A DNA stretch of 64,000 nucleotides. Source: Thermoplasmata archaeon (GTDB lineage: Archaea > Thermoplasmatota > Thermoplasmata > Lutacidiplasmatales > UBA184). The notes beneath the pieces were generated by a model that saw nothing but the letters and a program-made list of their open reading frames with translations, searched no databases and was not told the origin of the DNA. The translations under genes were made by a program, and so were the position numbers. Every line of letters starts with the position of its first letter. Position 1 is the first letter of the stretch. Where the stretch lies: the NCBI GenBank assembly GCA_022750335.1, contig JAKIVX010000008.1, forward strand, positions 785 through 64,784, read 5' to 3'. Shown here one piece after another: positions 36,212-45,232 of this stretch.

Positions 36212-38343
36212 TGGCCACCGAGGGGGAGAAGGTGCGCGACGAACGTCCCGAGGGACAGGAAGAAGGGGGTTCCGCCAAGGAAGGCGAGCAGGAGGTAGAT
36301 CAGTTTGATCCCCACGAAGGCGCTTACGAGTCCGCCGATCCCGTAGAGCATGAGGTTCCTCCGCAAGAGGTCGATCGCGCTCCGGGGACGGAAGGGCACC
36401 CCGGCGAGCGCGAGCGGGATGAGGAAGGGGATGATGACGGCGTTGAACAGGAGAGCGGAGAGCACGGCCAGCTGGGGATTCGAGAGTCCCATGATGTTGA
36501 GGAACGCGATCCCGGGCAGGGCGCCCGAACCGGCGGCGATGAAGAGCGCCGGGATGATCGCAAAGTACTTCGCGACGTCGTTCGTGATCGAGAAGGTCGT
36601 GAGCGCCCCCCGCGTGATGAGGAGCTGTTTGCCGATCGAGACGATCTCGATGAGCTTGGTCGGGTCGTTGTCGAGGTCCACCATGTTCCCCGCTTCCTTC
36701 GCGGCGCTGGTGCCACTGTTCATCGAGAGTCCGACATCCGCGCGGGCGAGCGCCGGAGCGTCGTTCGTCCCGTCCCCGGTCATCGCCACCAGGTGACCTT
36801 GCGCCTTCTCGCGCTGAATGAGCAACAGTTTGGTCTCCGGCTTCGCCTCCGCCATGAACTCGTCCACCCCGCTCTCCCGCGCGATCGCGGCCGCGGTGAG
36901 CCGGTTGTCGCCCGTGCACATGATCGTGCGGATCCCCATCGTCTTCAACTCGCGAAGGCGGTCCTTGATGCCGGGCTTCACCACGTCCTTGAGGAGGACG
37001 AGACCGAGGACGCGCTTGCTGACCGTGATGGCGAGCGGCGTCATCCCCTGGCGGGACGCGTCGTCCGCCGCCGATTGGAGGGTGGGGGGGATCGCTCCCA
37101 CGTACGCCTCGATGGCCTTCACCGAGCCCTTGTAGTACTCGGTACCGTCCGCGAGCACGATCCCGCTCATCCGGCGTTCCGCCGTGAACGGGAGGACCTT
37201 GTACGTCCCCGCGTCGAGACGGCGGACGGGCGCGTTCCGCCGGGCCGCGAGCCGGACGATCGAGCGGCCCTCGGGTGTATCGTCCACCGCCGCCGAGAGC
37301 AAGGCAGAGCCGAGCAATTCCGGCATTGGGACGTCCGGCGCCGCCACGAACTGGACGGCGAGCCGGTTCCCGATCGTGATGGTGCCGGTCTTGTCGAGGA
37401 TGAGGACATCGAGGTCACCGGCAGCCTCGACCGCCTTGCCGGACTTCGCGATGACGTTCGCCTTGGCCACCCGGTTGATCCCCGAGATCCCGATCGCGGG
37501 CAGGAGCGCCCCGATCGTGGTGGGCATGAGACAGACGAACAGCGATACGATGGTCGCGATGTCGATCGCGACGATGTCGGTGAAGTTCGCGAGGAAGATG
37601 AACGTCACCACGACCGTGAACAGGGCGATCGTGAACGCGTAGAGCAGGACGCCGAGCGCGAGCTCGTTGGGCGTCGGCTCCCGGCCCTGTCCCTCGACCA
37701 GTCGGATCAAACGGTCGAGGAACGATTCCCCCCGGATCGCGCTGACCCGCACCCGTACCGTCCCCTGGATGACCCGCGCCCCGCCCAGGACGCTCGTCTT
37801 GTCGCCGCCACTCTCGCGGGTGACCGGCTCCGATTCTCCCGTCATCATCGACTCGTCGATGATCGCGATCCCGTGGATCACGTCGCCGTCGATCGGGACC
37901 GGTTCCCCCGCCCGGATCTCCATCGTGTCGCCGATCCGCAGTACGTCCGACGCGACCCACCGTTCGGACCCGTCCGGCAGGATCTGCCGGGCCCGGATCC
38001 CGCTGCGGATCTCCCGGAGGCTATCCGCCTGGGCCCGTCCCTGGGCTTCGGCGATGGCCTGCGAGACGTTGGCGAACCAGAGGGTGAGGAACAAGATGAT
38101 CGTGACCGACAGGTAGTACGTGGGGTGGTACGTGTGGGCCACGTCCGGAAAGATCGAGGGTACGAGGGTAAGGACGACCAAGAGGAGGAACAGGACGTAG
38201 ACGCAGAACATCACGGGGTGGCGGTACTGGTGTTTGGGATGGAACATCCGGAACGAATCCGCCAGCACCCGGCGGGCCGACGTATGCGGCGTCCGGCGCA
38301 CGGAGACCCGGGCCCCCGGGGACGGAAGGTCGACCGCCGCCAT
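36208..38343 (-). CDS. kdpB: K+-transporting P-type ATPase subunit B
   Basis: DKTGTIT phosphorylation motif and MTGDGTNDAPALA hinge; 711 aa. Confidence 0.95.
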   Translation of the reverse strand: MAAVDLPSPGARVSVRRTPHTSARRVLADSFRMFHPKHQYRHPVMFCVYVLFLLLVVLTLVPSIFPDVAHTYHPTYYLSVTIILFLTLWFANVSQAIAEAQGRAQADSLREIRSGIRARQILPDGSERWVASDVLRIGDTMEIRAGEPVPIDGDVIHGIAIIDESMMTGESEPVTRESGGDKTSVLGGARVIQGTVRVRVSAIRGESFLDRLIRLVEGQGREPTPNELALGVLLYAFTIALFTVVVTFIFLANFTDIVAIDIATIVSLFVCLMPTTIGALLPAIGISGINRVAKANVIAKSGKAVEAAGDLDVLILDKTGTITIGNRLAVQFVAAPDVPMPELLGSALLSAAVDDTPEGRSIVRLAARRNAPVRRLDAGTYKVLPFTAERRMSGIVLADGTEYYKGSVKAIEAYVGAIPPTLQSAADDASRQGMTPLAITVSKRVLGLVLLKDVVKPGIKDRLRELKTMGIRTIMCTGDNRLTAAAIARESGVDEFMAEAKPETKLLLIQREKAQGHLVAMTGDGTNDAPALARADVGLSMNSGTSAAKEAGNMVDLDNDPTKLIEIVSIGKQLLITRGALTTFSITNDVAKYFAIIPALFIAAGSGALPGIAFLNIMGLSNPQLAVLSALLFNAVIIPFLIPLALAGVPFRPRSAIDLLRRNLMLYGIGGLVSAFVGIKLIYLLLAFLGGTPFFLSLGTFVAHLLPLGGQ

Positions 38344-38344
38344 C

Positions 38345-40057
38345 CTACGCTCCTCCGACGATCTGGGCCAGCGGGCCCATCGCGAGGACGGGGAGGAAGA
38401 GGAGGGCCGAGGTGATGATCAGGAAGAGCGTGAGGTAGATCGTGAACGTCCCGCTCGCCGTTCGGAGCGTGCCGGTGCTGGGCGGGAGGGCCTCCTGCTT
38501 GGAGAACAGGTCCCCGACCTTCAACATCGCCCAGATCGGGACGAACCGGCCGATCAGCATCACGAGCGCCCCCGTGACGTTGAAGAACGGAGTCGTGTCG
38601 TTGAACGCCGAGGTCGAAAGGGCGCTGCCGTTGTTGGCCGACTCGGACGTGAACTCGTAGAGGACGGACGTGAAATTGTGGGCGGTGGCCGGCAGCGTGG
38701 CCCCGTCGATCTGGACGTACCCGCCCGCGACCGCCACGACGAACGGAAGGAGAATGGTCGCCGGATGGATGAGGAGGGCGAGGGCGGCCCACTTGATGTG
38801 CGCCGTCTCGATCTTCTTCCCGAGGTATTCGGGGGTGCGGCCGACCATGAGGCCGCCGACGAAGATGGCGAGGACCGCGAACATGAGGAGCATGGCAAAT
38901 CCGGTCCCCTCGCCCCCGGGGGTGCTCTGGGTGAACATCCCGAACAGGAGCACCATCTGGCTGACGGGTGAGATCGACCCGATCGCCATGTTGTTCGCGC
39001 CGACGTTCCCGTAGACGCTGACCACCTGGAAGAGGGACGCCTCGGGCAGGCTGAACCTCGTCTCCTGACCGACCGGGTAGCCGTTCGTCTGCGGTCCCAG
39101 GCCGGAGACGCTCGCGAGCGCCGGGTTGTTCACAGCCTGGAACGCGACGAACAGGCCGAAAGCGATGACGAGGACGATGAGGACCGTGCCCACGAACGGC
39201 CACGCTTCCCCCCGGCGCCGGATGATCTGGGCGAAGGCGAAGGGGGCCGCGAAGGGGATGAGGAGCATGATGAAGATCGCAAACAGGTCGGAAACCGCGG
39301 AGGGGTTGGCGAGGGGCGAGGCCATGTTGGCGGAGTACCAACCGCCCCCGTTCGTCCCCAGAAGGGTGATGGCGTTGTAGCTGGCGACCGGACCGAGGTA
39401 GATCGTCTGGGTACCCCCGGTCAGCGGGTGGGCGACGACGGTCGCGGTCCAGGTCTCGGGGACTCCGAGGAGGACGAAGACGAGCGCGCCGACCACCGAA
39501 ATGGGGAGGAGGACCCGGACGATCGTCCGGACGATGTCGACGTAGAAGTTCCCGATCGTCCCGTCCTTCCGGACGAACCCTCGGATCATGGCCGCCATGA
39601 CGGCCAGACCGGTTGCCGCCGAGAGGAAGAGGGCGAGTTGCCATGCGAGGACGATCGATCCGAAGCTGATCTGGGACTCGTTGGTGAAGTGGGTGAAATC
39701 CGTGTTCGTGGTAAAGCTCGCCGCCGAGTGGAACGCGAGGTCCCAGCTCATGTTCGGGACCAGGGTCGGGTTGAGGGGGAGATTGGCCTGGTCGAAGAAG
39801 AAGAAGAATAGGAACAACAACATCCCGCCATTGACGAGCAGGAGGGCGAGCATGTACTCCCGGGCGGGCATCGAGCGCCGCGGGGACGTGCCCAGGATGC
39901 GGTAGATCCCCGATTCGATGCGGGTCAGGACGGCATCCCCCGGGAGCGGCCGATCCATGTAGACCCGACCGAGGTAGGCCCCGAACCAGGGGGCGATGGC
40001 GAGCGCGAGCCCGAGCAGGACGACTACGTCCCAGAAGGACTGGAGCTCGAGTGCCAC
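38345..40057 (-). CDS. kdpA: K+-transporting ATPase subunit A
   Basis: 570 aa, polytopic, with a GTG start. It ends 1 nt before the kdpB start. Confidence 0.95.
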   Translation of the reverse strand: MALELQSFWDVVVLLGLALAIAPWFGAYLGRVYMDRPLPGDAVLTRIESGIYRILGTSPRRSMPAREYMLALLLVNGGMLLFLFFFFFDQANLPLNPTLVPNMSWDLAFHSAASFTTNTDFTHFTNESQISFGSIVLAWQLALFLSAATGLAVMAAMIRGFVRKDGTIGNFYVDIVRTIVRVLLPISVVGALVFVLLGVPETWTATVVAHPLTGGTQTIYLGPVASYNAITLLGTNGGGWYSANMASPLANPSAVSDLFAIFIMLLIPFAAPFAFAQIIRRRGEAWPFVGTVLIVLVIAFGLFVAFQAVNNPALASVSGLGPQTNGYPVGQETRFSLPEASLFQVVSVYGNVGANNMAIGSISPVSQMVLLFGMFTQSTPGGEGTGFAMLLMFAVLAIFVGGLMVGRTPEYLGKKIETAHIKWAALALLIHPATILLPFVVAVAGGYVQIDGATLPATAHNFTSVLYEFTSESANNGSALSTSAFNDTTPFFNVTGALVMLIGRFVPIWAMLKVGDLFSKQEALPPSTGTLRTASGTFTIYLTLFLIITSALLFLPVLAMGPLAQIVGGA

Positions 40058-40067
40058 CCCGGACTCC

Positions 40068-40181
40068 TCAGAACTCTTCGGGGTGGACCATCGCGTATAC
40101 GAGGTAGAAGGTCAGCGCCAGGCAGACCAACGTCAGCACGGTGAGACCGAAGTTCTGGGCGACCCAACCCAAGGGGTCCAT
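40068..40181 (-). CDS. kdpF: K+-transporting ATPase subunit F (37 aa; not in the supplied ORF track)
   Basis: My own translation of the minus strand gives MDPLGWVAQNFGLTVLTLVCLALTFYLVYAMVHPEEF*. It is a single TM, and the ending YLVYAMVHPEEF parallels E. coli KdpF ...YLVYALINAEAF. It ends 10 nt before kdpA. Confidence 0.7.
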   Translation of the reverse strand: MDPLGWVAQNFGLTVLTLVCLALTFYLVYAMVHPEEF

Positions 40182-40262
40182 CGATTCCTGGGGCGTTGGA
40201 CCCGGACCCGACTATTTAGCCGCAATTCCCGAGATGCACCGTCGCACGGATTTTCCGAACGT

Positions 40263-42005
40263 TTATACGGGAGCCCTTCTCGCCCGTCGCGGCTTCTTCG
40301 GCGGGTTTGCGTCGGGGGGTTCGGCCACCCCGGTCTCGGCCGCGCGCCGCGTCCGGGACTCGGAGGAGAGGCGCCGGACGATCCGCCGCATCGCGCGTTC
40401 CCGGCGCACCTCCGCCGCCTGGTACCGGACGTCCCGGGTCTCTCGCGTCAGCAGCACGGCCACTCGGCCGAGCGAACTACGGCCCGTTCGTCCGCGTCGC
40501 TGGATCGCCCGGATCTCGCTCGGGACCGACTCGAAGAAGACCACGAGGTCCACGTCCGGGATGTCCAGCCCCTCTTCGGCCACGCTGCTCGCGACCAGGA
40601 CCGGGAACTGGCCACCGCGGAATCCTGTCAGGATGCGGGCCTGTTCCTTCTGGTTCATTCCCTTGTCGTCCTTGTCCCGGGTCGCTTGCCCCACGAATCG
40701 GGCCGCGGCCCAACCGTTCTTGTCGAGAACGTCCAGGATCGATTGGATCGTGTCCCGGTATTGGGCGAAGACGAGGATGCGGACGGGTCGGTCCCGCGCG
40801 CCCGCAAGCGTGTCCCGCACGAGGTCGACCAACGCGTCCAGCTTCGGATGGGAGGACTCCTTGGTGGTCCGGAGGAAATCGGCGGCCACGGTCCGGGCGC
40901 TCGCCACCTCGGGCAACTTCAGGAAGGCGAGGTCCCCCCGGGACGGTTTCTCCTTCGCGGCGACCCGTTCGAGGTACTGGAGGAAGGGCGACACCCCCTG
41001 GGTCTCGAGCCGTTCCTCGGCGTGGTGCAGGTGAAGGAGCAGGAGCTGGTGAAAGAGCGGCCCGAACTTGCGCACCATCGGGCCCGGTCGGGCGAAGATC
41101 TCGCTCCGAAGCGCGATGAGGTCCTTCACCGAGACCGAGTCGATCGGCTTTTTCCGGAGATATCCCATTTTTTGCAACTTGCGCCCGGTGGCGTGAGCCG
41201 CCGCCTGGAGCTCGGTTCGGATCGTCTCGGCGACCGGGGCGAGGTCGACCCAGACGTAGTCGACGTCGACCGGTTGAACGTACTCCGCTACCCCCGGGTC
41301 CTCCCGGCTCCGGGCCTCGATCCGGTTCACCCCGAGGGCGGCCACCACCTCTTCGATGTGCTCGTCCCGGCCCCCCGGCGAAGCGGTCAGGGCCAGGACG
41401 TGGCCGCCCGGTGGGCGTTCGGCCCGGTACCGTTCCGCGATCGGGACGTAGACGTACTTCCCCACGGCGTGGTGGGCCTCATCGAAGACGACGAGCGCGA
41501 CCTCCTTCAGGTCATACCGGCTCGCGACCAGGTCGTTCAGCACGATCTCGGGGGTCGCGAACACGAGGTCCGCATCCGCCCAACTTCCCTCGCGGACTGG
41601 TCGACGCACGGACCCCGTGAACCGGGCCGTGCGCAGCGGGATGAGCCACTGGCGGAACGAGTCCGAATGCTGCTGGACGAGGGGCCGGGTCGGCGCGAGC
41701 ACCAAGACCTTGGCATCCTGACGACGCAGGACCTCGGCCGCGATCAGGGCGGCGATGACGGTCTTGCCGAGTCCGGTGGGGAGGACGACGAGCAGGTCAT
41801 CCTCGAGACCGACCCGTGCGAGGTCAATCTGGAAGGGCAGCGCCCGTATGATCCCGGGGCGCAGGTACGGATGCTGGACCAGCCCGTCGACGACCTGCCA
41901 GATACCGGGGAGCGCATCCGGATGGGGCCGCGTGACCGGTCGCGGTTCGGGCGAGGGGGCCTCGCCGGGCGTACCGAAATCATCGAGCCGGCGCTGCGAA
42001 CCCAC
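40263..42005 (-). CDS. hef: Hef/FANCM/Mph1-family DEAH helicase (helicase-only, no ERCC4 nuclease domain)
   Basis: VVLPTGLGKT (motif I), VFDEAHH (motif II) and QRRGRTGR (motif VI). The C-terminal tail is basic. The start may be internal. Confidence 0.85.
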   Translation of the reverse strand: MGSQRRLDDFGTPGEAPSPEPRPVTRPHPDALPGIWQVVDGLVQHPYLRPGIIRALPFQIDLARVGLEDDLLVVLPTGLGKTVIAALIAAEVLRRQDAKVLVLAPTRPLVQQHSDSFRQWLIPLRTARFTGSVRRPVREGSWADADLVFATPEIVLNDLVASRYDLKEVALVVFDEAHHAVGKYVYVPIAERYRAERPPGGHVLALTASPGGRDEHIEEVVAALGVNRIEARSREDPGVAEYVQPVDVDYVWVDLAPVAETIRTELQAAAHATGRKLQKMGYLRKKPIDSVSVKDLIALRSEIFARPGPMVRKFGPLFHQLLLLHLHHAEERLETQGVSPFLQYLERVAAKEKPSRGDLAFLKLPEVASARTVAADFLRTTKESSHPKLDALVDLVRDTLAGARDRPVRILVFAQYRDTIQSILDVLDKNGWAAARFVGQATRDKDDKGMNQKEQARILTGFRGGQFPVLVASSVAEEGLDIPDVDLVVFFESVPSEIRAIQRRGRTGRSSLGRVAVLLTRETRDVRYQAAEVRRERAMRRIVRRLSSESRTRRAAETGVAEPPDANPPKKPRRARRAPV

Positions 42006-42093
42006 GGGACCTCGACCCGGTAGTCCGCGTCGCGCATAGTCGCTTCTCCCCGGGCGGACGGAACGGTCGACTGCGTCGGGCTCGAGGTTCGAT

Positions 42094-43383
42094 TCAGGAG
42101 CCCTCTCGGGTCAAGGACGTTCGACCCCCGAGATAGGGGCGGAGCACGTCCGGGATCGTGAGCGAGCCGTCGGGCTGCTGGTACTGTTCGAGGATGACCG
42201 CCAACCCGCGTGAGGTCGCGACCGCCGTGGAGTTGAGCGTGTGGGGGACGAGCTTCCCGGGCCGCCCGGCCTTACCGAGACGGATCCCGAGACGGCGCGA
42301 CTGGTAGTCCGTGCAGTTGGAGCAGCTCACCACTTCCCGGAACGCTTGCTGGCGGGGGAACCAGGCCTCGATGTCGTACTTCTTCGCCGCGACCGTGCCG
42401 AGGTCTCCGGTGCACACGTTGACCACCCGGTAGGGCACGCGGAGCTGGCGGAACACCTCCTCGGCGTTGGCCCGCAACTCCTCCAAGATCGTCGGCGACT
42501 CTTCCGGTCGACAGAAGACGAACTGCTCCACCTTCTGGAACTGGTGGACCCGGAATATCCCCTTCTGGTCGACCCCGTGACCTCCGATCTCTTTTCGGAA
42601 GCAGGGGCTCACACCGGCAAGGCGGATGGGAAGACGGTCCTCGTCGAGGATCTCCCCGAGATAGAGGGCGGCGAGTGGATGCTCGCTCGTCGCGATGAGG
42701 TAGAGGTCCTCGTTCTCGATCTTGTACATCACGTTCTCGAAATCGGCGAGGTCGGTGACGCCCTCGTAAGGCGCGCGTCGCAGCATGTACGGCGGCGACA
42801 CGGGCGTGAACCCGCGGCCAGCGAGGAGGTCGAGGGCGAATCGCTGCAGGGCCAGGTCGAGCAGGACCATTGAACCTAGAAGATAGTAGAACCCAGCCCC
42901 GCTCGCGCGGCGCCCACGGTCGAAGTCCGCCATGCCGAGCCCCTCGAGGACCTCGGCGTGCGACTTGCGGGACGCTCCGTCCGGGCTCGGCTCGCCCCAC
43001 TTCGCAACGACCACGTTCTCGGAGTCGTCGACGCCGTAGGGAACCGAATCGTCCATCAGGTTGGGGAGGCGCCGCAGGAGGGCGTCCCGCCCGTGGAGCA
43101 GTTCGGTCTCCCGGGCCTCGACCTCGCGCAGTTCGTCTGGGATCCCCTTGGCTTCCGCGTCCAGTTCGGGGGCCGGAGTGCCCTTCGACCGGCTCTCCGC
43201 GATCTGGTGGCTCAACTCGTTGCGGCGCCGCCGGAGCAGGTCGGCCCCCTGGAGGCAAGCCCGCCACTCGGTGTCCTTCTGCCGGACCTCGTTCAACAGG
43301 TCGATGTAGACGGGCTTGCGGCGCCGGGCCAGGTTCGCCGTGACCGTAGCGGGGTCCTTTCGGATGAGGTCGAGGTCGATCAC
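42094..43383 (-). CDS. serS: Seryl-tRNA synthetase
   Basis: From GTG 43383: IDLDLIRKDP..., class II motifs FRKEIGGHG...FRVHQFQKVE, and GDLGTVAAKKYDIEAW. The ORF-track start at 43467 adds an atypical 28 aa. Confidence 0.9.
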   Translation of the reverse strand: MIDLDLIRKDPATVTANLARRRKPVYIDLLNEVRQKDTEWRACLQGADLLRRRRNELSHQIAESRSKGTPAPELDAEAKGIPDELREVEARETELLHGRDALLRRLPNLMDDSVPYGVDDSENVVVAKWGEPSPDGASRKSHAEVLEGLGMADFDRGRRASGAGFYYLLGSMVLLDLALQRFALDLLAGRGFTPVSPPYMLRRAPYEGVTDLADFENVMYKIENEDLYLIATSEHPLAALYLGEILDEDRLPIRLAGVSPCFRKEIGGHGVDQKGIFRVHQFQKVEQFVFCRPEESPTILEELRANAEEVFRQLRVPYRVVNVCTGDLGTVAAKKYDIEAWFPRQQAFREVVSCSNCTDYQSRRLGIRLGKAGRPGKLVPHTLNSTAVATSRGLAVILEQYQQPDGSLTIPDVLRPYLGGRTSLTREGS

Positions 43384-43516
43384 CAGGGGGCCGGAAGCCG
43401 ACCCTATCCATATCTTTGTCCCGACCCCCTGGGCGGCCCTAGGCCCCGTCACGGGTCCGGCCGGCAAACTCCTATGTATCCGCGCGGGGGATGGGAGGCT
43501 CGGTAGGTCTCAGCTC

Positions 43517-45004
43517 ATGGCGTCGCAGGTTCCGGAGTACGGGTTGTTCATCGGCGGAAAGTGGGTCAGCCCTCCCGGCGCCCAGCGATTCGAGACGGTC
43601 AATCCGGCCACGAAGGAGCCGCTAGCCTCGTTCGTTTCCGGGACCGCCGCCGATGTAGATCGGGCGGTCACCGCGGCCCACGGAGCCTTCCCCGCGTGGA
43701 AGGAGACGCCGGCTCCCAAGCGGGGGGACATCCTCCTCGCGGCTGCCCGAATCCTCACCGAGCGCAAGGCCGCGGTCGGGCGGGTCGTGACCCAGGAGAT
43801 GGGGAAGGTCATCGGGGAAGGGCTTGGCGACGTCCAGGAATCGATCGACTTCATCGAGTACATGGCCGGCGAGGGTCGACGGCTGTTCGGGGAGACCGTC
43901 CCCTCCGAACTTCGCCGAAAGTTCTGCCTCACCGTCCGCCAACCGAAGGGAGTAGTCGCCTGCATCACCCCCTGGAATTTCCCCACCGCCATCCCGAACT
44001 GGAAGATCGCCGCGGCCCTGATCACGGGCAATACCATCGTCTTCAAGCCGGCCTCGAACACGGCGCTCTGCGCGACCGAGGTCGTCAAGGTCTACGAAGC
44101 GGCCGGGGTTCCGCCCGGCGTCCTCAACTTCGTCACGGGCAGCGGCGGGGTCGTCGGGACCGCCCTCGTCGAGGACCCCCGGATCCGGACCGTCTCGTTC
44201 ACTGGCGGCGTGGAAGCGGGCCGCGATGTCTACGTGCGGGGGGCGAAACAGCTCAAGATGGTCCACCTCGAGCTCGGAGGAAAGAATCCGGTCCTCCTGA
44301 TGGAGGACGCAGACCTTCCGCTCGCTCTCGAGGGCGTCCTCTTCGGGGCCTTCGGCACCTCCGGCCAGCGCTGCACGGCGACGAGCCGGCTGATCGTGCA
44401 CGAGAAGGTGTACGACCAGTTCCTGACGATGCTCACGGAACGCCTCGCGCGCTTCTCCGTCGGGGACCCGCTCGACCCCAGGACCGGCATGGGACCCGTG
44501 GCCTCAGCGGACCAGGAGAAGAAGATCCTCGAGTACATCGAGATCGGCAAGAAGGAAGCCAAGCTCCGCTACGGGGGAACGAAACTGACCGGAGGGATCT
44601 ACGACCGGGGCTACTTCGTCGCCCCCACGATCTTTGAGACCGAGCACGGTACGCGGATCTCCAAGGAGGAAATTTTCGGACCGGTCCTCTCGGTCATTCG
44701 CGTGCGCGACTACGACGAGGCGGTGCGGGTCGCGAACGACGTCACGTACGGACTTTCCTCCTCGCTCTACACGCGCGACGTCAATCGGGCGTTCCGGGCG
44801 ATCGACGACCTCGAAGCCGGGATCACCTACATCAACGCCCCAACGATCGGCGCCGAGGTCCAACTTCCGTTCGGTGGCGTGAAGAATACCGGGAACGGCG
44901 GGCGCGAAGCCGGGTCCGTGGCGATCGACGAGTTCACCGAAATCAAGACGGTGTTCGTCGACTTCTCCGCGAAGCTCCAAAAGGCCCAGATCGATTCCGA
45001 GTAG
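43517..45004 (+). CDS. NAD(P)+-dependent aldehyde dehydrogenase
   Basis: ATG 43517 gives MASQVPEYGLFIGGKWV. Also ELGGKNP and FGTSGQRCTATSR (catalytic Cys). Confidence 0.9.
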   Translation: MASQVPEYGLFIGGKWVSPPGAQRFETVNPATKEPLASFVSGTAADVDRAVTAAHGAFPAWKETPAPKRGDILLAAARILTERKAAVGRVVTQEMGKVIGEGLGDVQESIDFIEYMAGEGRRLFGETVPSELRRKFCLTVRQPKGVVACITPWNFPTAIPNWKIAAALITGNTIVFKPASNTALCATEVVKVYEAAGVPPGVLNFVTGSGGVVGTALVEDPRIRTVSFTGGVEAGRDVYVRGAKQLKMVHLELGGKNPVLLMEDADLPLALEGVLFGAFGTSGQRCTATSRLIVHEKVYDQFLTMLTERLARFSVGDPLDPRTGMGPVASADQEKKILEYIEIGKKEAKLRYGGTKLTGGIYDRGYFVAPTIFETEHGTRISKEEIFGPVLSVIRVRDYDEAVRVANDVTYGLSSSLYTRDVNRAFRAIDDLEAGITYINAPTIGAEVQLPFGGVKNTGNGGREAGSVAIDEFTEIKTVFVDFSAKLQKAQIDSE

Positions 45005-45009
45005 GCGTC

Positions 45010-45216
45010 ATGACCGGGTTCCGGGGTTCGGACGACAGCCTCGATCGCGAGATCGCTGCGATCGAGCGGATGGCCCGGACCCGCGTGCGCCGCGTCGCCT
45101 CCGAACTGAACGAGATCGAACGCGACCTCCGGGAATTGAAACGGGAACGGTCGCGGCGACGGACGACCGCTGTCGAGGAATCCGCCGGCCGAGTGACGGT
45201 GCGCGAGACCGCCTAG
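45010..45216 (+). CDS. Small charged coiled-coil protein, function unknown
   Basis: 68 aa, starting 6 nt after the ALDH stop; SELNEIERDLRELKRERSRRR. Confidence 0.45.
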   Translation: MTGFRGSDDSLDREIAAIERMARTRVRRVASELNEIERDLRELKRERSRRRTTAVEESAGRVTVRETA

Positions 45217-45232
45217 TCCGCGACGGACCGGT

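Noticed and set aside
36076-38415. Very long ORFs antisense to clearly assigned genes. Examples are 36076..38415 (+) opposite kdpB, 8818..10743 (-) opposite the ribosomal/rpoD cluster, 39996..42023 (+) opposite hef, 25211..26776 (-) opposite the M61 peptidase, 31081..32859 (-), and 34605..36278 (-).
   Set aside because: Their translations are Arg/Pro/Gly/Asp-rich low-complexity strings with no motifs. The opposite strand carries unmistakable family signatures. Stop-codon scarcity in high-GC DNA produces such shadow ORFs.
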